Assembly: GCA_023334545.1 (NCBI GenBank)
Contig: JAADVB010000014.1
Span: 62,001-126,000, forward strand
DNA from: Salisapilia sapeloensis CBS 127946
Lineage: Eukaryota; Protista; Oomycota
Reading direction: 5' to 3'
DNA: 64,000 nucleotides
Of the stretch, positions 13,101-24,508 are shown in pieces. A model generated the notes under the pieces. It was not told the DNA's origin. It made no database searches and saw only the letters and a list, made by a program, of their open reading frames with translations. Positions within the stretch are counted from its first letter, which is position 1. Each line of letters begins with the position of its first letter. The translations under genes and the position numbers were made by a program.

Positions 13101-13373
13101 ATGGATTTGGACGCGTCCATTGAGTCGATCGATGCACCGCCGAAGAGTATCACACGGATGCAGCCGCCTCGAAGTCGACAGAATTTGAGTGACATGCGCG
13201 CGAGCTTTGCGTCGTCTCGATCGAATATCCCTGCTAGCAAGCCTTCAAGCGGTAGTCGACTGCCACCTCCACGTGTGTCTTCGTTGCGGCCACCGAAGAG
13301 TCGAGAGGAGTTGACTCATGGTCGCCGCTTATCCTTCGGATACAATCGCAGTAGCGTGCCAACACGAAAGTAA
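10130..13373 (+). CDS. Uncharacterised ~1,060 aa protein: three N-terminal SH3-like (SH3b-type) domains, long acidic repeat region, NPF motifs, basic Ser/Arg-rich tail; exons 10130-10394 and 10450-13373
   Basis: Intron GCAG|GTGCGA..CTAAC..ATACAG|GC joins ORFs 10016..10507 and 10440..13373 in frame (WEQAG-FDGCC). Domains 1 and 3 share a P.LP..A...IR..P...A..VA...WLQV pattern. The SH3-like fold assignment is inference. Confidence 0.75.
11433..12120 (+). repeat. Degenerate coding tandem repeat, 14 aa (42 bp) period, about 16 copies, acidic
   Basis: Units such as KDTIDNVVTSPVVD / EDPVGTTVTPSVAE / EDTINEVVPSPTVT / EDAIDTIETSSISE / EDVVDTVVLSSAGE / EDAIDDIVLPPSAE. Confidence 0.8.
12234..12428 (+). 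repeat. Coding tandem repeat, 24 aa (72 bp) period, about 2.7 copies
   Basis: EERPIQPLNQSFEEIAEQHSFTSA / EERPITPMNQSFEEVAEQHSTSPA / EERPIAPMNRSFEEVAE; units start at 12234, 12306 and 12378. Confidence 0.9.
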
Positions 13374-13413
13374 GACGAATGCATTTCGTACGTAGAGGTG
13401 AAATGGATCGTGT

Positions 13414-13886
13414 TTAATTTTGCACACGGTATGTGATATTTCTATCCTCCAAAAAGCGTTTGATCGGCTCAGGCAGCTCACCCGACACGGTCACCGCATA
13501 GACGCCAGGGATCATGCGTACTATAGATAGGATCAATACGCGAGTCGAGTTCATGAAGACAATTCAAGTACCTAGACGCTGCCATTTCGCCACCCAGCTT
13601 TCACGAGGTTGCATCATCGCTACCATACTAGGCATAGCTGTAAGAAAATAAACGCTCGAGTTTATGTCGTCACGTACCCTTCGAAATACGCCGACGTGCA
13701 CTCGGCAACGCGCTGGCGATTGTCCGCCATTTGAAGGAACGTGCAGTTGTCACATCCTGTGTCGTAGAACTGCGTGAACGTCTTGATCAGCGAGCACGTC
13801 ATGCACGCGCGTAGCTCTCGGAACGTTGACGGAATATCTGCGTGCTCCATTGGTTCCTCCGCTTCATCGTACTCGTCCTCCCGCAT
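13414..13886 (-). CDS. SPT4: Transcription elongation factor SPT4 (3 exons)
   Basis: LRACMTCSLIKTFTQFYDTGCDNC zinc-finger motif. Splicing two GT-AG introns gives ..CTSAYFEG MVAMMQPRESWVAKWQRLV RMIPGVYAVTVSGELPEPIKRFLEDRNITYRVQN*. Confidence 0.95.
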
Positions 13887-14126
13887 ATTTTCCTACTTTG
13901 ACGCATCTCATAAAAGCGATATCACTTGTGTAAGCTTGTTATGCAGCCAATTCAGTCGACCACCTCGGCCAACAGATACTTTTCATCTCGGTTTCAAACC
14001 GTACGTTTAATTCGTAGAAAATCATCCTTCTGTCTCTACGATTGGATAAAATTTTGTCACCAAGTTCGTAACCTGCCATACTCCAAACCAGCGGCTCTCC
14101 TTCATTCTGGTGGTGATCTCCTAGCC

Positions 14127-15464
14127 ATGTTGTCCAAGGCCTCGTTCCGCGCCCCAGTGCGCTCTATCTTTACGCGCGCAAGCGCCATGCCACAGGTGTC
14201 CGTCGCGGAGGACTTCCCTTCGGCCCCAAAGTCGGAGCCGACGCCTGCGCCGGCCCCGAAGCTCACGGCGTCCAAGTCGCCGTCCGGCCTGGCGCTCGCT
14301 TCGGACTCGCGTTTCCCGCAGATCGCGACGCTCGGCATGGAAATTGCTGCCGGCACCCGTGTCGAAACGGATGAAATCGCTGGTATGTCTCAGCTTCTAG
14401 CCAAGATGGCTTTCCGTGCCACCATGCAGCGAACCGACTTGCGCATGTTCCGTGACGTCGAAGCGCTCGGCGGCCAATTGCACGCGTATGCCGGCCGTGG
14501 CTTTGTCCGATTCGGCATCAGCGTCCTCCCGGAAAACCTCGAGGAGGCTGCCAACCTCTTGGCTGAGACCGTCCTCGAGCCTCGCTTTGCCTACTACGAC
14601 TTGGCTCTCCAGAAGCAGCAGATTGCGCACGAAATCGATGAGTACACCAAGGACGCTTCCCGTAACTTGATGGAAGCCTTGCACTCGGCTGCCTTCTACG
14701 ACGACCGTACGCTCGGCCGACCGCTCTTTGACGCGCAGTCCCTACCGTTCATCGGCAGCGAGGACCTGCGTAACTTTTACACAAAGTACTTGACCACTGG
14801 TAACGCTGCGTTGGTTGCCTCAGGTGTTTCCCACGAAACGCTTACGGACGTGTCATCGCTCTTTGCCGACATCCCGCAGGGCCAGCGTGCTGGTTTCCAG
14901 AAGGCCGCGTACGTTGGTGGTGAGACCCGCGTCAAGGCTCCTCACGCTCCTTTCACGAACGTCGCGATCTCCCTCCCGGTCGGTGGCAACACGGCTGAGG
15001 CGGAAGTCCTGTCGCAGCTCTTGTCTGCTCGTCTCCGTGCCAACGGCTTTGGCAAGAAGGCTAGCGGATTCCTCGTGAACTACGAAGACGCTGGACTCGT
15101 CGGTGTCCAGGGCAGTGCCCGAAGCGAGCAGGTTGCTCTTCTCGTCGACGCTATGGTTTCAGAGCTCAAGAACGCTGCCGTCAAGGCTCCGTCCAAGGAA
15201 GAGCTGGAGGGTGCGCAGAAGGCTGCCGGCATCGCTGAGGAAGCTCTCGTGTCGTCGAAGAACGGCCGAATGGCCAAGCTCGGCGCCATGGCGTTCACCC
15301 AGAAGACGCCGGAAGGCACCCCGGAGAGCAAGTTGGCTAAGGTGACGGCCGAACAGGTGCAGAAGTTGGCGCAGGAGGCAGTGAAGAGCAAGCCGTCGGT
15401 TGCTGCGATCGGTAAGGTTGGCAACGTCCTGCGTGTCGAGGAGCTTCAGCAAAAGCTTCAGTAA
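14127..15464 (+). CDS. Peptidase M16 family, non-catalytic MPP-alpha / cytochrome bc1 core-2-like mitochondrial protein
   Basis: Mitochondrial presequence-like start MLSKASFRAPVRSIFTRAS; AGTRVETDEIAGMSQLLAKMAF occupies the HXXEH position but lacks the motif; C-terminal KPSVAAIGKV; GC-rich, strongly biased codons. Confidence 0.88.
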   Translation: MLSKASFRAPVRSIFTRASAMPQVSVAEDFPSAPKSEPTPAPAPKLTASKSPSGLALASDSRFPQIATLGMEIAAGTRVETDEIAGMSQLLAKMAFRATMQRTDLRMFRDVEALGGQLHAYAGRGFVRFGISVLPENLEEAANLLAETVLEPRFAYYDLALQKQQIAHEIDEYTKDASRNLMEALHSAAFYDDRTLGRPLFDAQSLPFIGSEDLRNFYTKYLTTGNAALVASGVSHETLTDVSSLFADIPQGQRAGFQKAAYVGGETRVKAPHAPFTNVAISLPVGGNTAEAEVLSQLLSARLRANGFGKKASGFLVNYEDAGLVGVQGSARSEQVALLVDAMVSELKNAAVKAPSKEELEGAQKAAGIAEEALVSSKNGRMAKLGAMAFTQKTPEGTPESKLAKVTAEQVQKLAQEAVKSKPSVAAIGKVGNVLRVEELQQKLQ

Positions 15465-17227
15465 GCAAAAGAAGAAATAAAAGATTCTTTTTCTCTAGTT
15501 CGTCGTGTGATACTGCGAGTTGTGGTAGGCAAAGGAGGATATTGGAGAGATGATTAAAAAGGATTTTTCTTGGTGTAGTGGAGGGTGGTAGGAAGAACTT
15601 ATAGGCGGAAGATATCCCTATACTACTATTTGATCGATGTCCAACTCTACACGAAAACATATCGCACGTTTAGTATGGTTTAGATAGTGCACGATTCGTA
15701 GTCACCTCCGGCCGACAATCTACAGTTCTTACGATAAAGGAGATCTAGCTTGTAGTCGTGTTGGTCATATTTTTGTATCTTCATCTAGCGTGCTTATAGA
15801 TGAAATGGAATGCGTGCTGCAATGCTTCATTCATGCTGATGACTGAATCTTTCTATGCCACGCAAGCGAGACTTTCGTGCCTGCAGCGAGTCTCTCCGCA
15901 TTATGGAAAGAAGGATTCGCGCCGAGCGACATGCAAAACGAAGCGACTTGTATCCAATATCTTTTTTCTCAATCTCATGACGCTACAAAGTGGATCCTTG
16001 CGACATCGTGGATACGTTTAACGAAACTGCGGGAAAGGCGCCGTGCCAAATGTCCGTCCTCGTCCGAGTTTACGTTACCGCATCATGCGGTTCTGACTGG
16101 ATGAAGCTTTCGGTTTTGATTGGAATATCTTGATATCTTCGTCATTGTCGTAGAGATACTTCCTAGAAGAAGATGCGCCTCTGAAGAAAAGTTGAAGACA
16201 CTTGGCCAAGTTGAAGTAGGGAATCGACGTTGTAGGAGAGAATGATGATGCTGCTTACGTCGAGGCACGTGCGGATCTCGGCGTAAATCATGTCGTCAAG
16301 CACGAATGTGGCGCCTGCTCTCTACGAAAATGATTTGCGCAACAAAGGATGTTGGCACCCTGCTGCAATTGGCTCGTGGCGCGCTGTTCCGGATATACAA
16401 GAAGGGTCGTGGTGTTTGAGAAGCGCATGAATTCAGTTGTTTCCGACGTGGGTGCTGACTATTACGCAATGAAGTGGTCGGTATTCTAGCTCTACCACAG
16501 TGCGGACGAGATTGAAATTAAACCGACTCGTCTCGGCTTGTAGGAGCAGCGCGATTAGATAGTAGGCGGAAAAAATTGGCGTGCCAATATATGATGGGAT
16601 ATTGTGCTCTTATGTCGCTGACAGAGCAGTGTGGTAGAGTGCCTATCGCAGTCGGAAGACCATTACAGCTTTATCTACATCGAATGTATCTTTGACGTCG
16701 ACACGATGGAAATGTAGGTCGATTTATAAACTAATCGAGTGAAGGTGTATCTTGATGACCTTTTCTTTACGTGTCCGCTCTTGGATTGCTGCGCGTACGT
16801 TTATTTTAGCGCTGAAGATTACACGAGCTTCATCGATTGGCCTTTGTACGTGGACCGCATGCAAGTTTCTCGAACGCGATGAGTGGCTCCAATGCAGACG
16901 AAATCGCATACACGTAACATACAATTTTCCTGTCGAGTTCCTGACCACCAAAATAAGCTTGTCCAAGTAGCCACTGATTTACAATGGGTTCTCCGACCGA
17001 CGCCCGGTTGTCTCTGCTAAATCATTGGATAACATCAAAACGCATAAACCCTAGGCCCTGCGATTGTGGCAAGAACACACATAAACCGGCCGCGCCTAAA
17101 TCCCTACACCTAGTAAAGCAACGCAATCATAGCGTCAAACCGCGCAAACATTCGGTCCATACAAAAACGCCGTGACTCGGCAGTTGCCAATTTGCACCCA
17201 CCTACTCAAGTGAGAGATAGCTCCTAC

Positions 17228-19390
17228 ATGGGCAAATTCATGGAGAACCTTACTCAGCAGCGACTTTCGTGCGAGCGGGACTGGCGAGAGCGCAAGTCTG
17301 AAAAGGCTCGATCCAAGTCCAGCAAGTCCGGCAAATCCGACAAGTCGCGACCCAAGTCGCACGCGTCCACGTCCGACAGCAGCTTCGAACTCGATGATGC
17401 TGACCGGCCGCCGTCCGCACCGCCAGCACTCAAGCACATGATCACCGAAGGCTTTGGCGGCCAAAACCTGTGGATCAAAGCACCAGTCTTATCTGGTGTC
17501 CTTGAAAAGCGCGGCTTCCGATGGTTGAAAAAATGGAAGGCGCGCTGGCTGGAATTGCGTGGCGCAGAACTATCCTACTTTGCCGACGTCCCGAAACTCT
17601 CGAATCGACGGGAACCACGTCACCTACGTAAGAAGGTGCGCATCACCAAGGATGCCACATTAGAAGACGTCGATGCCACCACGTTCATCTTGACGCCCGG
17701 TCCGAATGAAGACCCGTGGGAATTACGGACAGATGATGCACCCACAAAAATCAAGTGGATGCGAGCTTTAACAAACTGTATTGACATTCGCATCTGGCTA
17801 CAGCACTACGAGTCTGGGCCTGTTCTTGGCGCCGGAGGAAACGGCGTCGTGAAGAAGATGACGGACAAGAGAACTGGAAAGACGTTTGCTGTCAAATCTG
17901 TCGACGTTGCCAAGTTCCGGAATCGAGAAGCAGTTGTGGAAGAAGTCGAGATCCTGCGTCAAGTCACGAACGAAATCGGTCACGAGAACCTTGTCTTTAT
18001 CCACAAAGTGTACGAAGAGAACGACCAAGTCTACATCCTACTGGATCTATGCGAAGGTGGCGAACTGTACGACCGTGTGGTTGAGCGTGGCAAGTTCTGC
18101 GAACGTGACGCCGCCAACATCATGCGTCAGCTCTTCTCGGCGCTGAGTGCGTTGCACAACCACAACATCTTGCATCTGGACATTAAGCCCGAGAATATTC
18201 TCATGGCCGACAAGAGCAAGGACTCTAAAATTATGTTGACGGACTTTGGTCTCGCGCGCATGGTAGACAAGAAGAACCCGCTCGATGAAACTTCCAGTCT
18301 CGCTGGAACCGTCGGTTACATCGCGCCAGAGGTCGTGACGTCCCGTGCGTACTCGCCTGCCGCAGACGTCTTCAGCTCTGGTGTCATCCTATTCATTCTA
18401 CTCGTCGGTTACCCTCCGTTCTACGGTGACAATGAAGTCGACATCTTAACGAAAATCACAAGAGGCCAGTACCGTTTCCACTCTCGTCACTGGAACAAGG
18501 TGTCGGAGGAAGCCAAGGATCTCGTCCGTAAGATGCTTGAAGTGAACCCCAAGGACCGCATTACGATCGAAGAAGCCCTAAAGCATCCGTGGATGAAGCA
18601 GTTTGACACGCGCGAGCGTTGCGGATCTGAGTGCCAGGGCTCGTCGGACATTTGCAAGCGTCTCCACCGTTTCAACACGCAGCGCAAGACGGACAGCGTC
18701 GGATGCTTGGTCTCATGTGCTCTCAATGAACCGACAGTGGAAGAGTTTGACAATATGACGAGCGTCGACACGTTCGCGACAATCCTGCGGCAAGTGTCTC
18801 CAGTTGGTAAAGACTTTGTGCCGATCAAATGTGCCAAGCAGTTTGCTCGCAGCCTCCACGTTTCCCCGTACGTCGATCCGGATGAGTGGGCTGGATTCTT
18901 AGATGTCGACAAGGACGGATATGTGAGTGCGAACGATATGCACGTCCGTATCCGTGCCATGATGACTGGTGACATGGCATTTACACCGATCCTCTACCAT
19001 GCGCTGCAGAAGCTTGGGCCGAAGGACTCGGACAAACTCACGAAGAAGCACTTTGAGATGGCGTTTGAGACACTGCAGTGTCCGAAGGAGTGCTCGGAAG
19101 CATTTTTCAAGCACTGGGATGAACAGTTGGAACGCCGATCGACTCCGACGGATACGGCATCAGATACATCGATGGAGAGCGAGGAGTGGTCAGCGGAGCG
19201 AACGGTCAGTGTGGAACAGTTAGCAGATCTCATCCATGTGTTCCCGTTCGTGAAGAAGCTCTTCTTCCACCAGATGCGCACGAGAGCATTTGAATTGGTC
19301 CGTCGAGCAAGTCCCGAGAAGCTACCGTCCATCAACGAGAGTGGCCGTGCCGGATCGGATGGTAGCTCTTGCACAAGTACCGCGTCGTGA
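17228..19390 (+). CDS. PH domain + CAMK-type Ser/Thr kinase + C-terminal EF-hand region
   Basis: PH: LSGVLEKRGFRWLKKWKARWLELRGAELSYF..KIKWMRAL. Kinase: LGAGGNGVV, FAVK, HLDIKPEN, DFG, APE, DVFSSGVILFILLVGYPPF. EF loop DVDKDGYVSAND at 18902-18937. Confidence 0.92.
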   Translation: MGKFMENLTQQRLSCERDWRERKSEKARSKSSKSGKSDKSRPKSHASTSDSSFELDDADRPPSAPPALKHMITEGFGGQNLWIKAPVLSGVLEKRGFRWLKKWKARWLELRGAELSYFADVPKLSNRREPRHLRKKVRITKDATLEDVDATTFILTPGPNEDPWELRTDDAPTKIKWMRALTNCIDIRIWLQHYESGPVLGAGGNGVVKKMTDKRTGKTFAVKSVDVAKFRNREAVVEEVEILRQVTNEIGHENLVFIHKVYEENDQVYILLDLCEGGELYDRVVERGKFCERDAANIMRQLFSALSALHNHNILHLDIKPENILMADKSKDSKIMLTDFGLARMVDKKNPLDETSSLAGTVGYIAPEVVTSRAYSPAADVFSSGVILFILLVGYPPFYGDNEVDILTKITRGQYRFHSRHWNKVSEEAKDLVRKMLEVNPKDRITIEEALKHPWMKQFDTRERCGSECQGSSDICKRLHRFNTQRKTDSVGCLVSCALNEPTVEEFDNMTSVDTFATILRQVSPVGKDFVPIKCAKQFARSLHVSPYVDPDEWAGFLDVDKDGYVSANDMHVRIRAMMTGDMAFTPILYHALQKLGPKDSDKLTKKHFEMAFETLQCPKECSEAFFKHWDEQLERRSTPTDTASDTSMESEEWSAERTVSVEQLADLIHVFPFVKKLFFHQMRTRAFELVRRASPEKLPSINESGRAGSDGSSCTSTAS

Positions 19391-19579
19391 TTTGCTCCAG
19401 ACGCTTCTTTTTTTATTAATTAGCCTTTTCGACCGTTCTTGTCCGGCTACGAGATAGTAGTACGCGAGCGTCACGGTGTAGTGAAGTGGCGACGTAGTTT
19501 GCTTAGGAAAAATAAGTTAGATAAAACGATTATGAACCTTTATAAATACTTTTCTTTTAGATAACGGCAATTGGTGAAA

Positions 19580-22500
19580 ATGAATCAAGAGGAGGACTAC
19601 CCACGGACTGCAGAGGCGTTCGAGAACCTCTTTGCTGTCGTGAGCGATCCAAAGACCAAAGATAGTCATCAACAGCATCTTGCTTTGGTGAAGCACATCC
19701 TCTACTTAAACGAACTTGGGTACGGGATGATTCGCGCCTTGTAGACATGGAAGAATGAATATTTTTATGCCTTATGTTCTAGATGGACGTTGCGCGAGCT
19801 ATCGGAAGTAAATCAATTATTGCTACTCGTACGCGGAAAGGTGGAGCTACATGGCAGAACAGAGTTTCTACCACTTTTAGTCGCTGCGACTCGAATCTGT
19901 ACACTGGTAAAACGCATTTCGCGTCTACACTTGTTTGCAGACGATAGACCTAAAGGTAGTATCTAATCGTCACTAGTCGTTCGTGAGATATCGATCCAAT
20001 GAAGAATTATCACAACCATCCTTGATCCTGATGCTTTCGTCAACGCTCGGTCAATTGCTTCTATTCGACAACACTGATGTCCAAGGTGCAGCCATCGATG
20101 CAATTTACAATCTCGCGGATGGAACATGTATATCACTTTATCTTATTTACTTGTTAGGGAAATATGCTTAGATATGGACGTAGGCCTGGGCCGACACGAC
20201 GAGCAATCGCTATTAGCGAGAAGGAAAACAGATCATGACGACCAGCGTGTTTCACCGAAAGATTTTAGTCGTTCTTGTCTGGAGGAATCAGGAGCTGTCG
20301 AGATGATAGCATCTTTGCTCAAAGCTCTTCTTCCGATGGAATCTTCAGAGACTGAAGTGAATGGAGACACACGAGAAAATGTCTTTTTAAAAGCTGATGA
20401 TGCCGAAGCTGAGATAATAGTCAGCAGCGTCTTAAACGAAATCACAGATCAGATTGTCCATGCCAAGAAGGTAGAAATGGAAGTCAAAGTGAATGCTCTC
20501 CAATTTCCTCTACTGGAACTTATTCGAGAGGTCTCATCGCACCGTGCATGTGGTGAAACACTGGTAGCCAACGACGCACTTACGCACATTATCTTTGTGC
20601 TAAGCTCCATCAAGAGTACTCGAGATGAAAGGTTGCCGACTTGTTTAGAGACGCTTTGGGATGTACTGGAGCAATGCGACAAAACGATGAAATCGATGAA
20701 GACGTGTCGGTCTCGTCGACAGCTACTTGAAAAGTGCCGTCTTCAAAATGCTATATTTGCTATGAACAACATGTTCGCTCTGGAAACCCTTTTACATACT
20801 CTCGAGATGCTGCTCATGCATGGCCATCGACAGCAAGACAAAGAATTACGGAACATGTGTATGATCATTTTACATCTTGTAGCGAAGCGTACGAGCGCCT
20901 TGCCTACTTTTTACAGTTCAGGTGTAACTTCGTGCATTCTTTCCTATGCTGTCGCTGCTGAATCGGCCCAAATGGATCAGTCACAATATGCACGCAAGGA
21001 AAACGCTGCCGCAGTTACATCCAATGTTCGGCATTATGCTACGAACGCTCCAGTGGATGTCGAGTTTAAGCAGCTGACTTGGTACCTCATCGCTCGTCTG
21101 TCCGAAGATAATGCTGAAAATTGTGCTGCAGTTGCGAGTTTTCGAATTGTAGAAGTATGGCTACACTACGCGCTCGATGACTATGCTACAACATCCAACG
21201 CTGCGGACAAGCCAACTTCTGTGCTGCAATACTCCGTCACACAATCCCGAATGTTGGGAAGAAGTGCAATGCAAGTATTAATTATTGTAGCTCGACGGAT
21301 GCTCGAACATTTCTACGAAATCGACGGGCATGCAGTTATAGCAAAAGCAATGGAAGATCTGGCAGGCTGTAGCGAAGATTATATAGTGGACGCTTGGCAA
21401 CTACTCAATAGCGTTGTTTTGCCACTTGATTGGATCCAAGAAAGCTGGTACGGCATTAGAGTTTTGGTGATAGCTTTACGAACTGTGTCTAGTCGTAACC
21501 ATGGGAATTGCCGCCTGCGTCGACATGCTCTGCTGATATGTTGCAATCTATGCAGAGGAAATGAGCATCATCTAGCTCAATTCTATCATGCTGGCGGTGT
21601 CAGCATTGTATTAACGCTATTGCAGTACAATTCATCTCAGTTTATGCTTGAGGATTGTCTGCTCTTTGCTGTGTTAGAAGCAGTGCGCACCTGCATTGTT
21701 GGATATTCCGAGAGTGAACAACGATTTATTCAAGGAGATGGCATTCACAAACTATTGTCCATCATAGAAGTCGCTCCGAAGACTGTACAAGCTCACACTC
21801 TTGCAGTCCTCTCTGATGTGTGTACTCTACCCACGGCACTTCCATCCTTCACGTCGTGGCGTGGTGATCATGGAAACACGAACAACCAGTCCGCATTGAA
21901 GCTACTTCTAAACTTATACTTTCAAGAAGAGAGACTCTATGGTGTTGAAAATAATCCTTCATACATCCAAAGTAGTAATCAAGAAGATGAAGACGTACCT
22001 TCCACTCTACGTAGACAGCAAGCATTTGAGGCGGTAACGCAATGCATATCAACCTTGTCGCTGGCAGACGATACTAGTGGAGATTTGACATCCCCTCTGT
22101 CGACATCACGCCCAGATTCACCGGCCTTTGCTCGACTACATGATGCTCTTCGATCTAGTCAGAACCAATTAACAGTGTCAGATGTGGGCACATATCTCAA
22201 TGAAACGAATCCAGAGAAACTACGGTCTATTCGGGCTTTAGACCTCCGTTCCAAGATTTATGCGCTCTTGTCATGCACTTCCTTCCCTGTTTTAACGGAC
22301 GACGTCCTGTCAGCAAAGGAAGAGACGCTGTTGGAAGTCATCAAAGAGCTTCCAACTTTCCAAGAAGGCGAGAAATGGCAAGAGATTGAGCTTACACTGC
22401 ACGCAGAAGGAGTGCGTCCAATCTACGCAGATGCATTGCTCATTCGTCACCACATTGAGCAAGCTTATAACGCTGCCGTTTGTACTCAGCATGCCCGACA

Positions 22501-22837
22501 AGAGATTCAAAGTCGAGTTCATGTAAATCACTACGAGCAAGAGCAAGCGTATTTAGACAAAATTCTACTGCAGAAGAAGCAAGAAGCTCAGGCAGAGGCC
22601 TTCCATCAGCTAAATAAACGACAAAATTCAACCTTGGCACTTCACAAGGAGGCAAAAGCTAGACGTATGGACGTATTGCAAAAGCAAGACCCAGTGACAT
22701 TTGCAGCGATGATGAATGCAGGAGAGAATGGGTTCCAGCTAGATGACCCTGCGCCAGAGGTGATCGAGGAAGAATTCAATTCGCTCCGAATGAAAGAAGC
22801 CGAGATTGGTGGTAAACTATCGACGCTAGATAGGTAG
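19580..22837 (+). CDS. CFAP69: Cilia- and flagella-associated protein 69 homologue (ARM-repeat; about 3 short 5' introns)
   Basis: Motifs collinear with CFAP69 as I recall it: GWTLRELSEV, HRQQDKELRN, VEFKQLTW, LLFAVLEAVRTCIVGYSESEQRF, SWRG..SALKLLLNLYFQEERLYGV, DLRSKIYALL, GEKWQEI..EGVRPIYADA. 5' exons linked by GT-AG introns from the ATG at 19580. Confidence 0.85.
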
Positions 22838-22884
22838 GTTCTCTGTATAACAATCGACAAAATACTTTACGGACGCGTGGGCTT

Positions 22885-23791
22885 TTATTCTCCATCATCT
22901 GGATTTAGGTCGACTAATTCTGCTTGCAGTTCATCCAAGCTTTCGTTGATATGAGCGATGATGCCTTCATGTTTCGTACTCAGCGTCTCTACTGACTGCT
23001 CCAAAAGTTGAATCGTCTTTTCATCAACTTCTTCTTGACTTTTAGAGTCCCGCAATCTCATTTGCTCCACGAACAATGCAGATGTCTAGCTCGAGTGTCA
23101 TCATTCTATACATTTGTCTCCCGTTGGACTGTAGCATACCATCATCAGCTTTTCCTTCTCTTCATTTTGCACACGCCGAATGAGTTTTGCCAAGATTGTA
23201 GCTTTCCTTTCGCGGAGGATTGTCTAGAAAAGTTGACACTCAGACTTTTTCGGCATCACCCTTAGCTAACTACTGCTACCTCAATTTCGTTGATGTGGTT
23301 GCTCAATGTAGCAAAGCGTTCAGTAATGCCATTGCCTAGACAACCAGTGCACGAATGCTGTGAGATAAAATTTGTGTGGATTGTCGAGATAAATAAAAGG
23401 TACAAAAAGCTGGAAATTGCTCTGTTGCCTGATGCTTCTCAAAGCCTCTACACGACAAATGAAAATGCTCAACCACATTTAGTGTATAACGTAAATGAAA
23501 GCTTGCAACGTACTCTTGGAAATCGGCATACACTTTTACACGCTCCTCTTGCAGTTGAAAGAATCGGCGTGTAAGTGCGCTGAGTGACATATCACGTGTA
23601 CTACTCCCAATGGTATCCTCCTCTTGGCACTCTTCATTCGAGCTTTGTTTTTCGCCGACATCCACTTCATTTTGTGTGGGTAGATCATCAACATTACTTG
23701 GTGTTTGCTTGGTATCCTTTGTAGAATTGCAGGCATCATGCTCGTGAGGCTCTCGATTCGCGAGTACTTCGTATGCCTTGGAGAAGTCCAT
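22885..23791 (-). CDS. REX1BD: REX1-B (required for excision 1-B, C19orf60-like) domain protein, multi-exon
   Basis: Spliced sequence: LSALTRRFFQLQEERVKVYADFQE GFEKH.. ITERFATLSNHINEIE TILRERKATILAKLIRRVQNEEKEKLMM ..IIAHINESLDELQAEL; resembles the REX1-B helical pattern. Confidence 0.72.
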
Positions 23792-24508
23792 TCGATGCTA
23801 CTTATATTTTCATGTCCGCTTTCGTGTTTAAATTCGCAGCGCATTTAATCAGGTATATTTGAAGGCTTTAGATTCGCTTTCATGATTACCCCTGAAAAGC
23901 ATTGTACGTCTGGACTTGATGGCCGGCAGTCAGGGACGCAGACTAATGGTAGATGCTAGAATCAGACCAAGTCGCGGAGTTTAGAACAGTTTGAGCCATC
24001 TTTTCATTTATATTCAGAAGCGACTCAGATGCTGTTGTTGAAAGGGTATACCTCTTAAACTTTGCAGGTCTGAGAAATCCAGACGTTGTTGTACATGCTT
24101 GACGTAAAAATTGCTACAAGTGCTCTTGTGCATACAGATAGTGTTCTTATTATGATAAAAATGGAAGCATAGCCTCCCCACTATCACTACACTGTGCTTT
24201 ACTTATAGGTAGAATCCAAGCCAGAGTAGAAGAACTGTAACCGCTCAACGCGGATACACTATGATCTATCTACAGTCTATGTTAGAACTCTCCTGTTGCC
24301 AAGCAGCCGTCTGATTTTGACTTTCTTTATTCAGGTTTGATGCAATATCTTAACTGCCTACTTTAGTCTTCTCGTTCGTTTCAGCTTTAAATTATCAAGC
24401 GAGGCTCATTTAGGTGCTGGTAAATACTTGCTCTCCATCTTCGAAGAGTCTTGGTACTTCCAAAATTGTAAATTGCGAACGGTACAAATCTGTAGCACGC
24501 ATTTCAGT

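Noticed and set aside
13926-14126. 5' extension of the M16 ORF from a non-ATG start, and similar extensions at 17192, 24428, 39091, 57824 and 63518
   Set aside because: The ORF caller uses alternative starts. Downstream ATGs give sensible N-termini (presequences or family starts), and the extensions overlap promoter regions.
14127-15464. Missing HXXEH motif in the M16 protein as a novel pseudo-enzyme
   Set aside because: This is the normal state of MPP-alpha and complex III core-2 subunits.
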